A stretch of 64,000 nt of DNA from Myxococcota bacterium. GTDB taxonomy: Bacteria; Myxococcota_A; Polyangia; Nannocystales; Nannocystaceae. Position numbers and translations under genes: made by a program. This document shows positions 23,068-32,139 of this stretch, piece after piece. The notes beneath the pieces are model-generated. The model was not told the DNA's origin, did no database searches, and saw nothing but the letters and a program-made list of their open reading frames with translations. Position 1 is the stretch's first letter; each line of letters opens with the position of its first letter. The stretch lies in contig JBCCWC010000004.1 in assembly GCA_039194325.1 (NCBI GenBank), forward strand, positions 96,001 to 160,000, in the 5' to 3' direction.

Positions 23068-23706
23068 TTATGCGCGTTCCTCAGTCCTCTTCGCGTTAGC
23101 ATCCGCCGTCAGCGGCCCCAGCGAGCGCTGCCAGCCCTCGAGGTCGGCGACCAGCGCGTCGCGGATCCGGCCGGGGCGGGTCATGTCGACCACGTACTGC
23201 CGCACCAGCTGCCGCGCCCGATGCAGCCGGCTGGTGATCGTGCTGACGTTGGCCTCGAGCACCGCAGCGATCCCGGCGGTGGGCATCGATTCCCAGTAGT
23301 AAAGCTCGACCACGATCTGCAGATCGGTGGGCAGCTGCGACAAGGCCATCAGCAACACCTGATGCTCCTCGCGTCGCGCCGCCACCACGCTCAGTGAGGT
23401 CGCCACCGAGGGCGTGTTACTGCCCGCAAAGCGCATCGCCTGGTCGTGGCGCCCCTGCTTACGCAGCACCCGAAGCAGCTGGAGCCGGGCGATCCCAAAC
23501 AAGTACGCCTTGAAGCCCGCCTCGGCCCGATAGCGCTCCACCCCCTCGACCGCGGCCAAAAAGGTCTGCTGAGTGAGATCCTCGGCGAGGTGGGTGACCT
23601 TGAGGTCGAAGAAGCGACGCACGCTGGCGTAGTGGCGCTGCGTCAGAACGTTGGCCGCGGCCGCATTGCCAGCGCGCCAGGCCAGCAGCAGATCGATGTC
23701 GCTCAC
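23068..23706 (-). CDS. ECF RNA polymerase sigma factor
   Basis: DIDLLLAWRAG, AEDLTQQTF and FKAYLFGIAR (region 2). LSQLP..ELYYWE..IAAVL..TITSRLHRAR (region 4). Confidence 0.9.
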   Translation of the reverse strand: MSDIDLLLAWRAGNAAAANVLTQRHYASVRRFFDLKVTHLAEDLTQQTFLAAVEGVERYRAEAGFKAYLFGIARLQLLRVLRKQGRHDQAMRFAGSNTPSVATSLSVVAARREEHQVLLMALSQLPTDLQIVVELYYWESMPTAGIAAVLEANVSTITSRLHRARQLVRQYVVDMTRPGRIRDALVADLEGWQRSLGPLTADANAKRTEERA

Positions 23707-23776
23707 GTCGGCCGAGGGATCCAAGGGCGGCGGCAGGCTACCACGACCCCCGCCCCCGCCACGGGCACCGACCCCG

Positions 23777-24604
23777 TCAGTCGGGGTGCGGCGCCTCGCA
23801 AAAGCCGGCGCGGCTGTTGGTGCAGTTGAAGATGCTCCACTCGCCCTGGGTGTTGATGCCCCCGCAATTCGCATCGAGGTTGTCGCCCGGCGGCGTCCCT
23901 CCTGACCAGTTGGTGTAGCGAAGCGGCGCGCCGTCGACCCAGGTGTAGACCCCCTCGTCGCCGATGTCGTTGATACCGATCCAGTTGGCGCCGCTTAGGG
24001 TCCGCAGCGCCAAGAACAGGTTCTCGTCGGCGCTTTGGATGCTGGCCAGGTTGGCGCCAAAGCTCTCGCAGACCGGCTGCACGTCGGTCCAGCGGCCGTT
24101 GCTGCACCGCCAGTAGGCGCTCCCCTCGTGCTGGAACAGATCGCAGTCGTTGCACTGCTCGTTGATCTCCGACCACTCGTCCACGAGCCCGTCGCCGTCG
24201 TTGTCGATCCCGTCGCATTCCTCCGGGTCGACCGGGATCGGATCACCCGACGAGCTCGATCCCCCAGAACCCGAACCCGCGGTGCTCGACCCCTCGGAAC
24301 TCGATCCCTCGGAACTCGATCCCTCGGTGCTCGACGACGGCTCGTCGGTGGGCATGGTGCACGTACTGGCCAGCGGCTCCGATGCAAAGCGCGAGAACCT
24401 CAGGCCCGACGGGCATCCCTCGTCCGGGTGAGCGCAAAACCCTGGCTCGACGCAGCGCCCCGGCTGACCCAGGCCCATACACTGCTCGTCGTCCTCGCAC
24501 GCGAAGGGCTCGGCCTGAATGCAGGCTGCCGTCGCCAGCCCCACACACGCACCGAACGCGAGACGGAACGCGAAACGGAACACGAAACAAACGAGCACGG
24601 CCAT
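23777..24604 (-). CDS. Lipoprotein with C-type lectin-like domain
   Basis: TAAC lipobox, Cys-rich N-terminus, ECDGIDNDGDGLVDE motif, CESFGANLASIQSADEN and WIGIND...WVDG..YTNW. Confidence 0.85.
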   Translation of the reverse strand: MAVLVCFVFRFAFRLAFGACVGLATAACIQAEPFACEDDEQCMGLGQPGRCVEPGFCAHPDEGCPSGLRFSRFASEPLASTCTMPTDEPSSSTEGSSSEGSSSEGSSTAGSGSGGSSSSGDPIPVDPEECDGIDNDGDGLVDEWSEINEQCNDCDLFQHEGSAYWRCSNGRWTDVQPVCESFGANLASIQSADENLFLALRTLSGANWIGINDIGDEGVYTWVDGAPLRYTNWSGGTPPGDNLDANCGGINTQGEWSIFNCTNSRAGFCEAPHPD

Positions 24605-24621
24605 GGGCCCGTGGATCGCGC

Positions 24622-25467
24622 TCAGTCCTCCACGACCATGTAGATGTTGTACTGGTAATCCATCGCGACCATCTCGTCGTCCATGACGGGAGGGAAGCCT
24701 TCGTCGAACGGAACATTATTGCGCAGGGCCCGGACGGCGTTCAGCTCCCCGGTGAGCCCGCGGCGGATCGGCGTGGACGCTCCGGTATGAAGCATCACCC
24801 AGTAGATGCCCTCATTGATGGGCGTGGCCCCCACCTCCCACTCGTTGGGCCCATCGGTATAGAGCTCCACCGGGCTGCCCGTCTCCGCCAGCAGGTTGGC
24901 CGGCCCCGAGCCGTCGTCGTCATAGAGCGCCAGGCGGATGTCCGTGCCTCCTCCCCAGGCGTTGACTCCCAGGCGTCGCACCACGCGGGGCTGGAGCACC
25001 TCGTAGGGGTGACCCAGCTGGAACCCCGCGAGGATCGAGGCCTCGAACGGCAGCGGTGTGTCGGCGCCGATCGGGATCCCGCAGTAGGTCTGCTGTTCGG
25101 AGCACGTAGCCTCGGGGTTGCTGCACTCGCCACAGTTGCACATGCCCTCCATGCCACATACGAGCATCGCGCACGCCTCGATGCAGGGATCGACCGGCCC
25201 CGTCGAGGTCGAGTCGGCGCTCTCGTCCGAGGTCGTGGCGTCGGCCGTGGTGTCCAGTGACATCGTCGTGGTACCGGCGGTCATCGAACCTATGGTGGCC
25301 GCCATGCCGGTCGAGGACTCCATGACCGACGTCATGGAGCCGCCGATGGTGGCCGTGGAATCCCCGCTGCCCGAGGGCACGGCCGGTGGGATCGAGTCCT
25401 CGAAGATGCATCCCCCCAGCAGCCAGACCGACCCCAGACACCCAAGCAAGATCGAACGCGTAGTCAT
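24622..25467 (-). CDS. Hypothetical lipoprotein
   Basis: LLGGC lipobox, Thr/Ser-rich linker, Cys cluster and beta-rich C-terminal domain (IRLALYDDDGSGP..LL, GIYWV). Confidence 0.7.
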   Translation of the reverse strand: MTTRSILLGCLGSVWLLGGCIFEDSIPPAVPSGSGDSTATIGGSMTSVMESSTGMAATIGSMTAGTTTMSLDTTADATTSDESADSTSTGPVDPCIEACAMLVCGMEGMCNCGECSNPEATCSEQQTYCGIPIGADTPLPFEASILAGFQLGHPYEVLQPRVVRRLGVNAWGGGTDIRLALYDDDGSGPANLLAETGSPVELYTDGPNEWEVGATPINEGIYWVMLHTGASTPIRRGLTGELNAVRALRNNVPFDEGFPPVMDDEMVAMDYQYNIYMVVED

Positions 25468-25596
25468 GAGACGCCCAAGCTTACCCGGCATGAGCCCGGC
25501 CAGCGGCCCGATCATCGGGAAACCACGCCGCGCTCCCGCACAGCCGCGCACGGCGGCGAGTACGGCCAGATCCGCCCCCAGAGGCCAGCTCGAGGG

Positions 25597-25686
25597 CCGC
25601 ACGGCGCAGCCTGGACCGCACGGCGCAGCCTGGACCGCACGGCGCAGCCTGGACCGCACGGCGCAGCCTGGGCCGCACGGCGCAGC
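25597..25686. repeat. 19-bp tandem repeat, about 4.7 copies
   Basis: Unit CCGCACGGCGCAGCCTGGA, with no spacers. Confidence 0.92.
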
Positions 25687-25695
25687 GAGAGTAAC

Positions 25696-26601
25696 TCACA
25701 CCACGACGTCGAGCACGCTCGGTAGCGTCTCCAGCGCCCGAGGCACCACCCGAAGCGCCTCGCCGTCGACCATCACGTCGATCTCTTCGTCGATCGCCAG
25801 CTCCACACCAGACGCCTGGGCGATTGTGACCGCAGGGTGCTCGACGTGCGTGCCCTTGAAGATCTTGGGGAACGTCGCCAGCAGGCTCAGCCGCCCCATC
25901 TGACCCGCCAGCACCACCGCGATCTTGCCGTCGTCGGTGGCGGCGTGCGGCGCCATCATCATCTTGCCGCCGGTGAACTTGCTGTTGTTGAACGAGGCGA
26001 ACACCAGCGGCTGCTCGTCGCGCTCGCCCCCGTCTAGGCGCATGGGCTGGGGCTGAGCCCGGAGCCCCGCCACCGCGGTGACCACCGCGAGCACATAGCC
26101 AAACTCGCCCCAGCGCTTGAAGCGACGCGCCCGTAGCCCGTTGACGTCGGCCACGAACCCGATCGACAAGATGTTGATGTAGTGGAGCTCGCCGCTGGCG
26201 TGCTCGAGGCGGATCACGTCGCAGGGGCGGCGAGCGCCGGAGGCCAGCGCCTCGATCGTGTGCTCGGCCCCGCGATCGGTGAAGTCGCGAAGAAAGGAGT
26301 TACCCGTGCCCAGCGGCAAGAACCCGAGCACCGGCCGCTCCCCTTGGTCCGAGGCCCGCGGAAACAAGCCGTTGATCACCTCGTAGCTCGTCCCGTCGCC
26401 ACCGACCGCGATGAAGTGGCGTCGACCCTCGTCCCAGGCCGCGCGCACCAGCCCGACCCCCTCGCCCGGCGCCGAGGTCTGCACGGTGTCGACCTTCACC
26501 CCCGCCTGCCGAAGGCGCTCGAGCACCGCCGGGAACCGCTTGCCACAGCGACCTCCACCCGCAGCGGGGTTGATCACGGCGAGGAACTCATCGTCGGCCA
26601 T
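25696..26601 (-). CDS. Diacylglycerol/sphingosine kinase family lipid kinase (YegS-like)
   Basis: INPAAGGG, VGGDGTSYEVING, LPLGTGNSF, GGKMMMAP..DDG and VDGE motifs. Confidence 0.92.
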   Translation of the reverse strand: MADDEFLAVINPAAGGGRCGKRFPAVLERLRQAGVKVDTVQTSAPGEGVGLVRAAWDEGRRHFIAVGGDGTSYEVINGLFPRASDQGERPVLGFLPLGTGNSFLRDFTDRGAEHTIEALASGARRPCDVIRLEHASGELHYINILSIGFVADVNGLRARRFKRWGEFGYVLAVVTAVAGLRAQPQPMRLDGGERDEQPLVFASFNNSKFTGGKMMMAPHAATDDGKIAVVLAGQMGRLSLLATFPKIFKGTHVEHPAVTIAQASGVELAIDEEIDVMVDGEALRVVPRALETLPSVLDVVV

Positions 26602-26719
26602 GGCGGGGCGCAGTCTACTGAGGTCCGCCACCGTGCGACCAGCGCCCTGGCGCCAAATACGCGCCTCTTGGCGCCGCTGAACGACGTTAATCCGTGGTCA
26701 TCGCCGCAATGGCTGCTAT

Positions 26720-26748
26720 AGTGAACATGTTCACTGAACACATTCACT
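26720..26748. promoter_or_regulatory. Putative TetR operator pair overlapping a -10 element
   Basis: Perfect 16-bp palindrome AGTGAACATGTTCACT, followed by the imperfect copy TGAACACATTCACT. TATAGT at 26717-26722. Lies just upstream of the tetR gene. Confidence 0.7.
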
Positions 26749-26755
26749 CAGACCA

Positions 26756-27358
26756 ATGTCCCGCGACGAGCAAAAGCGACGAACCCGTGAGCGCCTGCTG
26801 CAAGTCGCCCGCGCCAGCTTCGAGCAACGGGGCTTTGAGGGCACCACGATGCGCATGGTGGCCGACGAGGCCGGGGTCGCGGTGGGTACGGTCTTCGTGC
26901 ACTTCGAGGACAAGCGCGACCTCTTGTGCTCCGCCCTGTTCGACGATCTCGAGCACGTCCTCGACGCTGCGCTTCGCGAGGCGGCCGGGGGCTCGGTGCG
27001 CGCTCGCCTGCACCACCTCACCGCCGCGCTTTTTTGCCACTACGAGGCCCGACCCGAGCTGTCGCGCATGCTCCTTCGAGAGTCGCTACTGACCACCGGC
27101 CCCTGGCGCTCGCGTTTCGCCGGGCAGGTGCAGCGCGTGCACGAGGTCGTGGCCGGGTGGCTGGCGCAGGCCCGCGAGCGGCAAGAGCTGCGTCCGTCGG
27201 TCGACCCGGCCCTGGGTGCTGTCGCCTATCTCTCTTTTTACTACTTCGCCCTCATCGGCTGGATCCAAGGCCAGCCTCTGGACACCGTAGGGCTGGTCGA
27301 CCGACTCCTCGGCCAGCACTTCGACCAACCCCAACGCTCCGTCAAAGGCCCATCATGA
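26756..27358 (+). CDS. TetR/AcrR family transcriptional regulator
   Basis: TRERLLQVARASFEQRGFEGTTMRMVADEAGVAVGTVFVHFEDKRDL. Confidence 0.93.
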   Translation: MSRDEQKRRTRERLLQVARASFEQRGFEGTTMRMVADEAGVAVGTVFVHFEDKRDLLCSALFDDLEHVLDAALREAAGGSVRARLHHLTAALFCHYEARPELSRMLLRESLLTTGPWRSRFAGQVQRVHEVVAGWLAQARERQELRPSVDPALGAVAYLSFYYFALIGWIQGQPLDTVGLVDRLLGQHFDQPQRSVKGPS

Positions 27359-28254
27359 CTGGATCGACCGGCATCTTCCGCAACCAGAGCGCGCGTGAGT
27401 GCATGCAGCAGTGGTACGACCGCTTCTTGGACCGGCTGCCTCCGCCGGCCGCGCGCACCACGATCGACACGCGCTGCGGATCCACCCATGTGCTCGTCTA
27501 CGGCCCCCCCGACGCACCGCCCTTGTTGTGCCTGCACGGGGCGGTGGCCGGAGCTCCGCATGCGCTCTACGAGGTGCGAGGGTTGCTCGACCGCTACCGG
27601 GTGTACGCCCCGGACATCGTGGGCCAGTCGGTGGCCAGCGCCGAGGTGCGCCCCCGTTTTGATGCCGAAGGGTTCGGCGGCTGGGCACAAGACGTAGTGC
27701 GAGGCCTGGGGCTGTCGCGAACCCACGTGATGGGGGTGAGCTGGGGCGGCTCGGTCGCGCTGCAGCTGGCGGTGCATGCCCCCGCGCTGGTCGATCGCCT
27801 CGTGCTGCTGGTCTCGGCCGGGCTGGTCGCCGGCTCTCCCTGGCAAGCGTTGGTCAAGGTGGGCTGGCCCATGCTGCGCTGGCGACTGAGGCCCACTCGC
27901 GAGCACCTGGAGGCGCTGCTCAGCGCCAACCTCACCACCCTCGATCCCATGTGGGTCGGGTTCATGGGCGACGCCTTTCGCTCGGTGAAGATGGACTTCT
28001 CCGCCCCCCCGCTGGTCGGCGACGACGATCTGCGAGGGTTCGATCGCCCCACCATGCTCATCGCGGCCGAGCACGATCTGTCGTTTCCCGCCAAGGCCAT
28101 GCTCACGCGTGCGTCCGCGCTGTTCCCCAACCTGGTGCAGACGCACGTGATCGAGGGCAGCAAGCACTGCCCGCCCTTCGAGGACGAGTTTCGGGGCTGG
28201 CTGTGCGAACGGATCCAGTGCTTCCTCGATCGAGAGCTGAGCGCGGCCGCCTGA
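27355..28254 (+). CDS. Alpha/beta hydrolase
   Basis: LHG, YAPDIVGQ, GVSWGG nucleophile elbow, AEHD and KHCP. ATGA overlap with tetR. Confidence 0.88.
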   Translation: MTGSTGIFRNQSARECMQQWYDRFLDRLPPPAARTTIDTRCGSTHVLVYGPPDAPPLLCLHGAVAGAPHALYEVRGLLDRYRVYAPDIVGQSVASAEVRPRFDAEGFGGWAQDVVRGLGLSRTHVMGVSWGGSVALQLAVHAPALVDRLVLLVSAGLVAGSPWQALVKVGWPMLRWRLRPTREHLEALLSANLTTLDPMWVGFMGDAFRSVKMDFSAPPLVGDDDLRGFDRPTMLIAAEHDLSFPAKAMLTRASALFPNLVQTHVIEGSKHCPPFEDEFRGWLCERIQCFLDRELSAAA

Positions 28255-28372
28255 GCCGGCCAGGTCGCGACGCGTCGCGAAGAGCAGACGCGGCGCGGGC
28301 TGGCTTGCGCGAGGAGCAAGACGGCCACCGGTGGCCACCACGAACGACGAGCTGTGGCACACTGGCGAGGAA

Positions 28373-29782
28373 ATGGCTCGCCCGAGCAAGGAACTCTTTG
28401 ACTGGTGGCGCCCCAAGCTCAAGGCGCTCGACCCGTGGCGAGAGGTCCAAGACGACGAGATCCAGCAGCTCTACGCAGAGCGTGAGGGCGCGGTGTATAG
28501 CGATCTGGCGGCCGAGCTGGGATTGGCCGCCGAGCGCCCTGCCGACGTGAAGGTCATCTTGTGCGGAGCGCGAGGATCGGGCAAGACCACCGAGCTTGCC
28601 CGCCTGGCCCACGACGTCAAGCAGGACTTTTGCGTCGTGCAGACCGACCTCGCCACCGGGCTCCAGGACGGCGCCAATACGCTGGCGGTCGTCACGTTGC
28701 TCGGGGTCGCCGCCCTGCATGCCACCAAGGTCTGGTCCGCCCCCGATACCGCTCTGGTCAAGCTGCTCGAAGAGCCCGACAACGCCGTCAAGCGCGGGGC
28801 CACTGTGCTCGACAAGGCGCTGGGTCGCTTCCGGGACGCGGTGCCCTCGGTCACCAAGCTCCTCGAGAGCATCTCGTCCATCGTGACTCTGTTCGACCCC
28901 ACGACCGGAGCAGGGCTGGCTACCGCCGCTCACGGGGTCGCCACCGCCGGCTCGGCCGTCAGCACCGCATCCCGGCTGCGACTCGATCTGACCCGGGGAC
29001 CCCTCGAAGGCCGATTGCCGCCCGATCAGCACGAAGACGCCCAGGCCGTCGTGGAGGCGGTCAACGGGATCCTCCACGAGCTGGAGCTCCTGGCCGGGCG
29101 CCCTCCCCTCCTACTCGCCGATGGCCTGGACAAACGCCTCAAGCTCGACGAGGTGGCGCTCGCCCTCGACGACGAGCGCCTGCTTCGCGATCTCCAGGCG
29201 CCGCTCGTGCTCACGGGCCCGGTCAACCTCCGCCACGATCCTCGCTTTCGCGCGGTGCCGGGCAACCTGCGGCTGGCGCTGCTCTACAACGTGCCGATCA
29301 TGCGGCGGGCCAAGAGCCCCAAGGGCGCGGGCAGCAACGACGCGCAGGTAAGCCCCGAAGGAGTGGAGGTTCTGCACGACCTCTATCGCCGCCGCCAGGC
29401 CGGGGCCGATCTCCCCGAGGAGCTCTTTGGCGACGACCTCATCGAGCTCGCCGCCAACAATTGCGCCGGGATCATGCGTGACTTTCTGTGGCTGCTGCAC
29501 GAAGCGGGCAAGACCGCCCTGATCCGCAGCGCTCGCCGCGTCGAACAGCAAGACCTCCACGCGGCGATGAAGAAGCGACGCCTGGAGCTCGAGGGCTATC
29601 TCGATGAAGATGCCCTGACGATCCTCAAGCGAGTGCTCGACAAAGGCACACTACCCGGCTCACCCGAGGCCGACACGCTGCTCTTCGAGAACTTCATCGC
29701 GTGCTACCACAACGGCGACATATGGTTTCGGCCGCATGAGCTCATCGTCGAGTTCGTACGGCATAAGCGATCCGACGGATGA
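28373..29782 (+). CDS. P-loop (AAA+/STAND-like) ATPase
   Basis: Walker A GARGSGKTT, Walker B LLLADGLDK, LVLTGP and GIMRDF. ATG at 28373 follows GAGG (alternative GTG at 28331). Confidence 0.85.
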   Translation: MARPSKELFDWWRPKLKALDPWREVQDDEIQQLYAEREGAVYSDLAAELGLAAERPADVKVILCGARGSGKTTELARLAHDVKQDFCVVQTDLATGLQDGANTLAVVTLLGVAALHATKVWSAPDTALVKLLEEPDNAVKRGATVLDKALGRFRDAVPSVTKLLESISSIVTLFDPTTGAGLATAAHGVATAGSAVSTASRLRLDLTRGPLEGRLPPDQHEDAQAVVEAVNGILHELELLAGRPPLLLADGLDKRLKLDEVALALDDERLLRDLQAPLVLTGPVNLRHDPRFRAVPGNLRLALLYNVPIMRRAKSPKGAGSNDAQVSPEGVEVLHDLYRRRQAGADLPEELFGDDLIELAANNCAGIMRDFLWLLHEAGKTALIRSARRVEQQDLHAAMKKRRLELEGYLDEDALTILKRVLDKGTLPGSPEADTLLFENFIACYHNGDIWFRPHELIVEFVRHKRSDG

Positions 29783-32109
29783 TAAGCACGGCGGGGACCA
29801 CACAGACGGGGCTGCTCGTCGATCCGACCGAGCTCGCCGAGCGCCTGGACCGGGAGCTGTTGCTCACCGACTGGCGAGCGATCGTCGCGGTCGTGGTCGC
29901 CAGGCCAGGGCTGGAGCGGGCGATCGACCGGGTCCATAAAGAGGTGCTCCAGCGCCACCAGATCCCGCAATCACGGGTCGCGTACTACGACGCACAGCGG
30001 GATGAAGCCGGCCGCAAGCGCTTGGCCGCGATCAACCGAGCGCGTGACTCTTTGCTGAACGAAAAACGCCTCATCTGGCTACACGCCAGCTCGGCGGCCG
30101 ATGTTCGCTTCCTCCGCGCGACGGCACCCGATCTTCTGTCGGCGATCGATCTGTTCGTGGAACTCCACCTCCACGAGGCCGACGAGGCCGACTGGCCGAC
30201 CTGTCGTCATCAGTTACGCGAGCTCATCAAGAGCCGTCACGGAATGCTCGACTTCACGGGGCTTTTACCGGCCAGCGTCGAGCAGCGCCACCTCCCGCTG
30301 TCCAAGCTCTATCAGCCGCTGGTCGAGCTCAATGAAGCCGCGCTTGGCCCGGCTCCGCGGGACCGAAGCACACCGCAGGGGCTGTTGGTCCTGGGGCATC
30401 CCGGCACGGGCAAGACGACCTTCGTGCGCCACCTGGCGTGGACCTACGCCAGCGACAGCGCAGATCCACTCGCCATCGGCCCGCGGATCCCCGTGCTGCT
30501 CTCGCTGTCGGACTACTCCCACGTACGCGAGCACGATCGGGTGATGAACCTGGTGGACTTCTTGCCGCGCTGGCTCGACGCACAGGGGATCTCGGGCTCG
30601 AAGGCCATCAGCGAACACATGCCCGACGTCCTGTTGCTACTCGATGGCCTCGACGAGATGCGGTCCCCGGACGCACGACGAGTCGTACTGCATGAGATGA
30701 GCCAGCTCTTGCGCCAAGGTGGCGTTGGGGGGGTGGTCGTGACGGGCCGCAGCTTTCTCGTAGACGAGCTCGACGGCGAACACCATCCACTGCGGATCGT
30801 GTCCACCCGCGCGGCGAGGCCCGAGGAGATCCGAGCGTTCTTGGAGGCGTTCGTCACCTATCGCGGGGCCGGACGGACCAACGTGGAGGATCTCATCAAT
30901 CGCATAGAGCGAGATCCTGATCTCCGCGCACTGGCCCGAACTCCCCTCATGCTCGCGTTCACCGCCATCCTCAACGAGCTCGAAGGGCGTCTTCCCGATC
31001 GTCGGATCGAGATCTACTACCGACTCGGCGAGATGCTCGTCGATCGCTGGACCCGCGCACGCAGTATCGGGACCATCGGGACCATCGGGACCATCGGGAC
31101 CATTGGCACCACCAAGCACCGCCACGCGACCCCGACGCGAGCCGACGCCCTGCGCGTGCTCGGGCCCCTGGCGTGGTGGACGATGGAACAAGGAGGCGGA
31201 GCGGTATCCGAAGCCGCGCTCGAGCAAGAGCTCCAGCGCATCGAGGCCAAGCGTGAGACCGCCGAGCAAGCAGCGCGGCAGTCGTCGGCTCTGCTCGACC
31301 TTCTTCGACGAGATACCGCGCTGCTGGTCCCCCGCGCGGGCAACCAATGGAGCTTCGTGCATCGCTCCGTCGGCGAGTACTTCGCGGGAGCTCACGCCGA
31401 ACGCGACCACAAGCGTTGGCACGATCTGCTCGAGGACCCTTTCCGCTCCGAGTGGCGAGAGATCATCCTCTTTTGTAGCGGACAGCTCGGAATCATCGAA
31501 GGGCGAGTGGACAGCCTCGATGAGCTGGTGAGCACCATACTCGACAAGAGCCGGCGGCCGGGGCGCTATGATGCCACGTACCCGAGCCTGCTCATCGGCC
31601 TGCTCGAGGAGCTGCCCGGACTGAGCCGACAACAGACCACCAAGATCGCGGCACGCCTGCTCGAGCTCGTCCTCACCATGTCGTTCACCCATGGCGCGGC
31701 GAGGCAGATCCAGCGTGATTTCGTCGATCTGCTGCTCAAGTCTCACGGGCTGCCGGCCGAGATCCTGGGAGCGCAGCTGCGACGATGGTTCTCCAAGAAG
31801 ACCCGATCGATCCGCTGGGATCGCCTGTTCGTGGCCGGTTTATGGAGCGACGCGAGCAAGCCACCACGAAGCATCGCCAACGAGAACTTCTACCAGATCG
31901 TCCTCACCATGCTGGGCCCGCTGCTGTGGTCCATCGAGCCCGATCTCAGAGATCGCTACCAGATCGACATCGGTCCCACGCTAGTCCGATGGAAGCAACA
32001 GAACGATTGGCGGTACCGGGTCGCCGAGTGGTTCGTGACCAGCTCTGACGAACAGCTCGAGCGTCCCTTCGGCGAGGTCGCCCGCGAGCTCGGCCTCGAG
32101 CTCGCGTAA
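29779..32109 (+). CDS. NACHT-domain (NLR-like STAND) NTPase
   Basis: GHPGTGKTT, LLLLDGLDE, VVVTGR, RTPLML, WSFVHRSVGEYFAG and EWREIILF motifs. ATGA overlap with the ATPase. Confidence 0.9.
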   Translation: MISTAGTTQTGLLVDPTELAERLDRELLLTDWRAIVAVVVARPGLERAIDRVHKEVLQRHQIPQSRVAYYDAQRDEAGRKRLAAINRARDSLLNEKRLIWLHASSAADVRFLRATAPDLLSAIDLFVELHLHEADEADWPTCRHQLRELIKSRHGMLDFTGLLPASVEQRHLPLSKLYQPLVELNEAALGPAPRDRSTPQGLLVLGHPGTGKTTFVRHLAWTYASDSADPLAIGPRIPVLLSLSDYSHVREHDRVMNLVDFLPRWLDAQGISGSKAISEHMPDVLLLLDGLDEMRSPDARRVVLHEMSQLLRQGGVGGVVVTGRSFLVDELDGEHHPLRIVSTRAARPEEIRAFLEAFVTYRGAGRTNVEDLINRIERDPDLRALARTPLMLAFTAILNELEGRLPDRRIEIYYRLGEMLVDRWTRARSIGTIGTIGTIGTIGTTKHRHATPTRADALRVLGPLAWWTMEQGGGAVSEAALEQELQRIEAKRETAEQAARQSSALLDLLRRDTALLVPRAGNQWSFVHRSVGEYFAGAHAERDHKRWHDLLEDPFRSEWREIILFCSGQLGIIEGRVDSLDELVSTILDKSRRPGRYDATYPSLLIGLLEELPGLSRQQTTKIAARLLELVLTMSFTHGAARQIQRDFVDLLLKSHGLPAEILGAQLRRWFSKKTRSIRWDRLFVAGLWSDASKPPRSIANENFYQIVLTMLGPLLWSIEPDLRDRYQIDIGPTLVRWKQQNDWRYRVAEWFVTSSDEQLERPFGEVARELGLELA
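31066..31110 (+). repeat. In-frame 9-bp tandem repeat encoding (IGT)5
   Basis: ATCGGGACC x4 followed by ATTGGCACC. Confidence 0.92.
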
Positions 32110-32139
32110 CGACGATAGCCACCTGGTCTCCGCCTGGCC

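Noticed and set aside
25597..25686. Tandem arrays as CRISPR (also 17018-17132, 47149-47206, 51686-51748)
   Set aside because: Units are contiguous or separated by only 7 nt, with no unique spacers and no cas genes.
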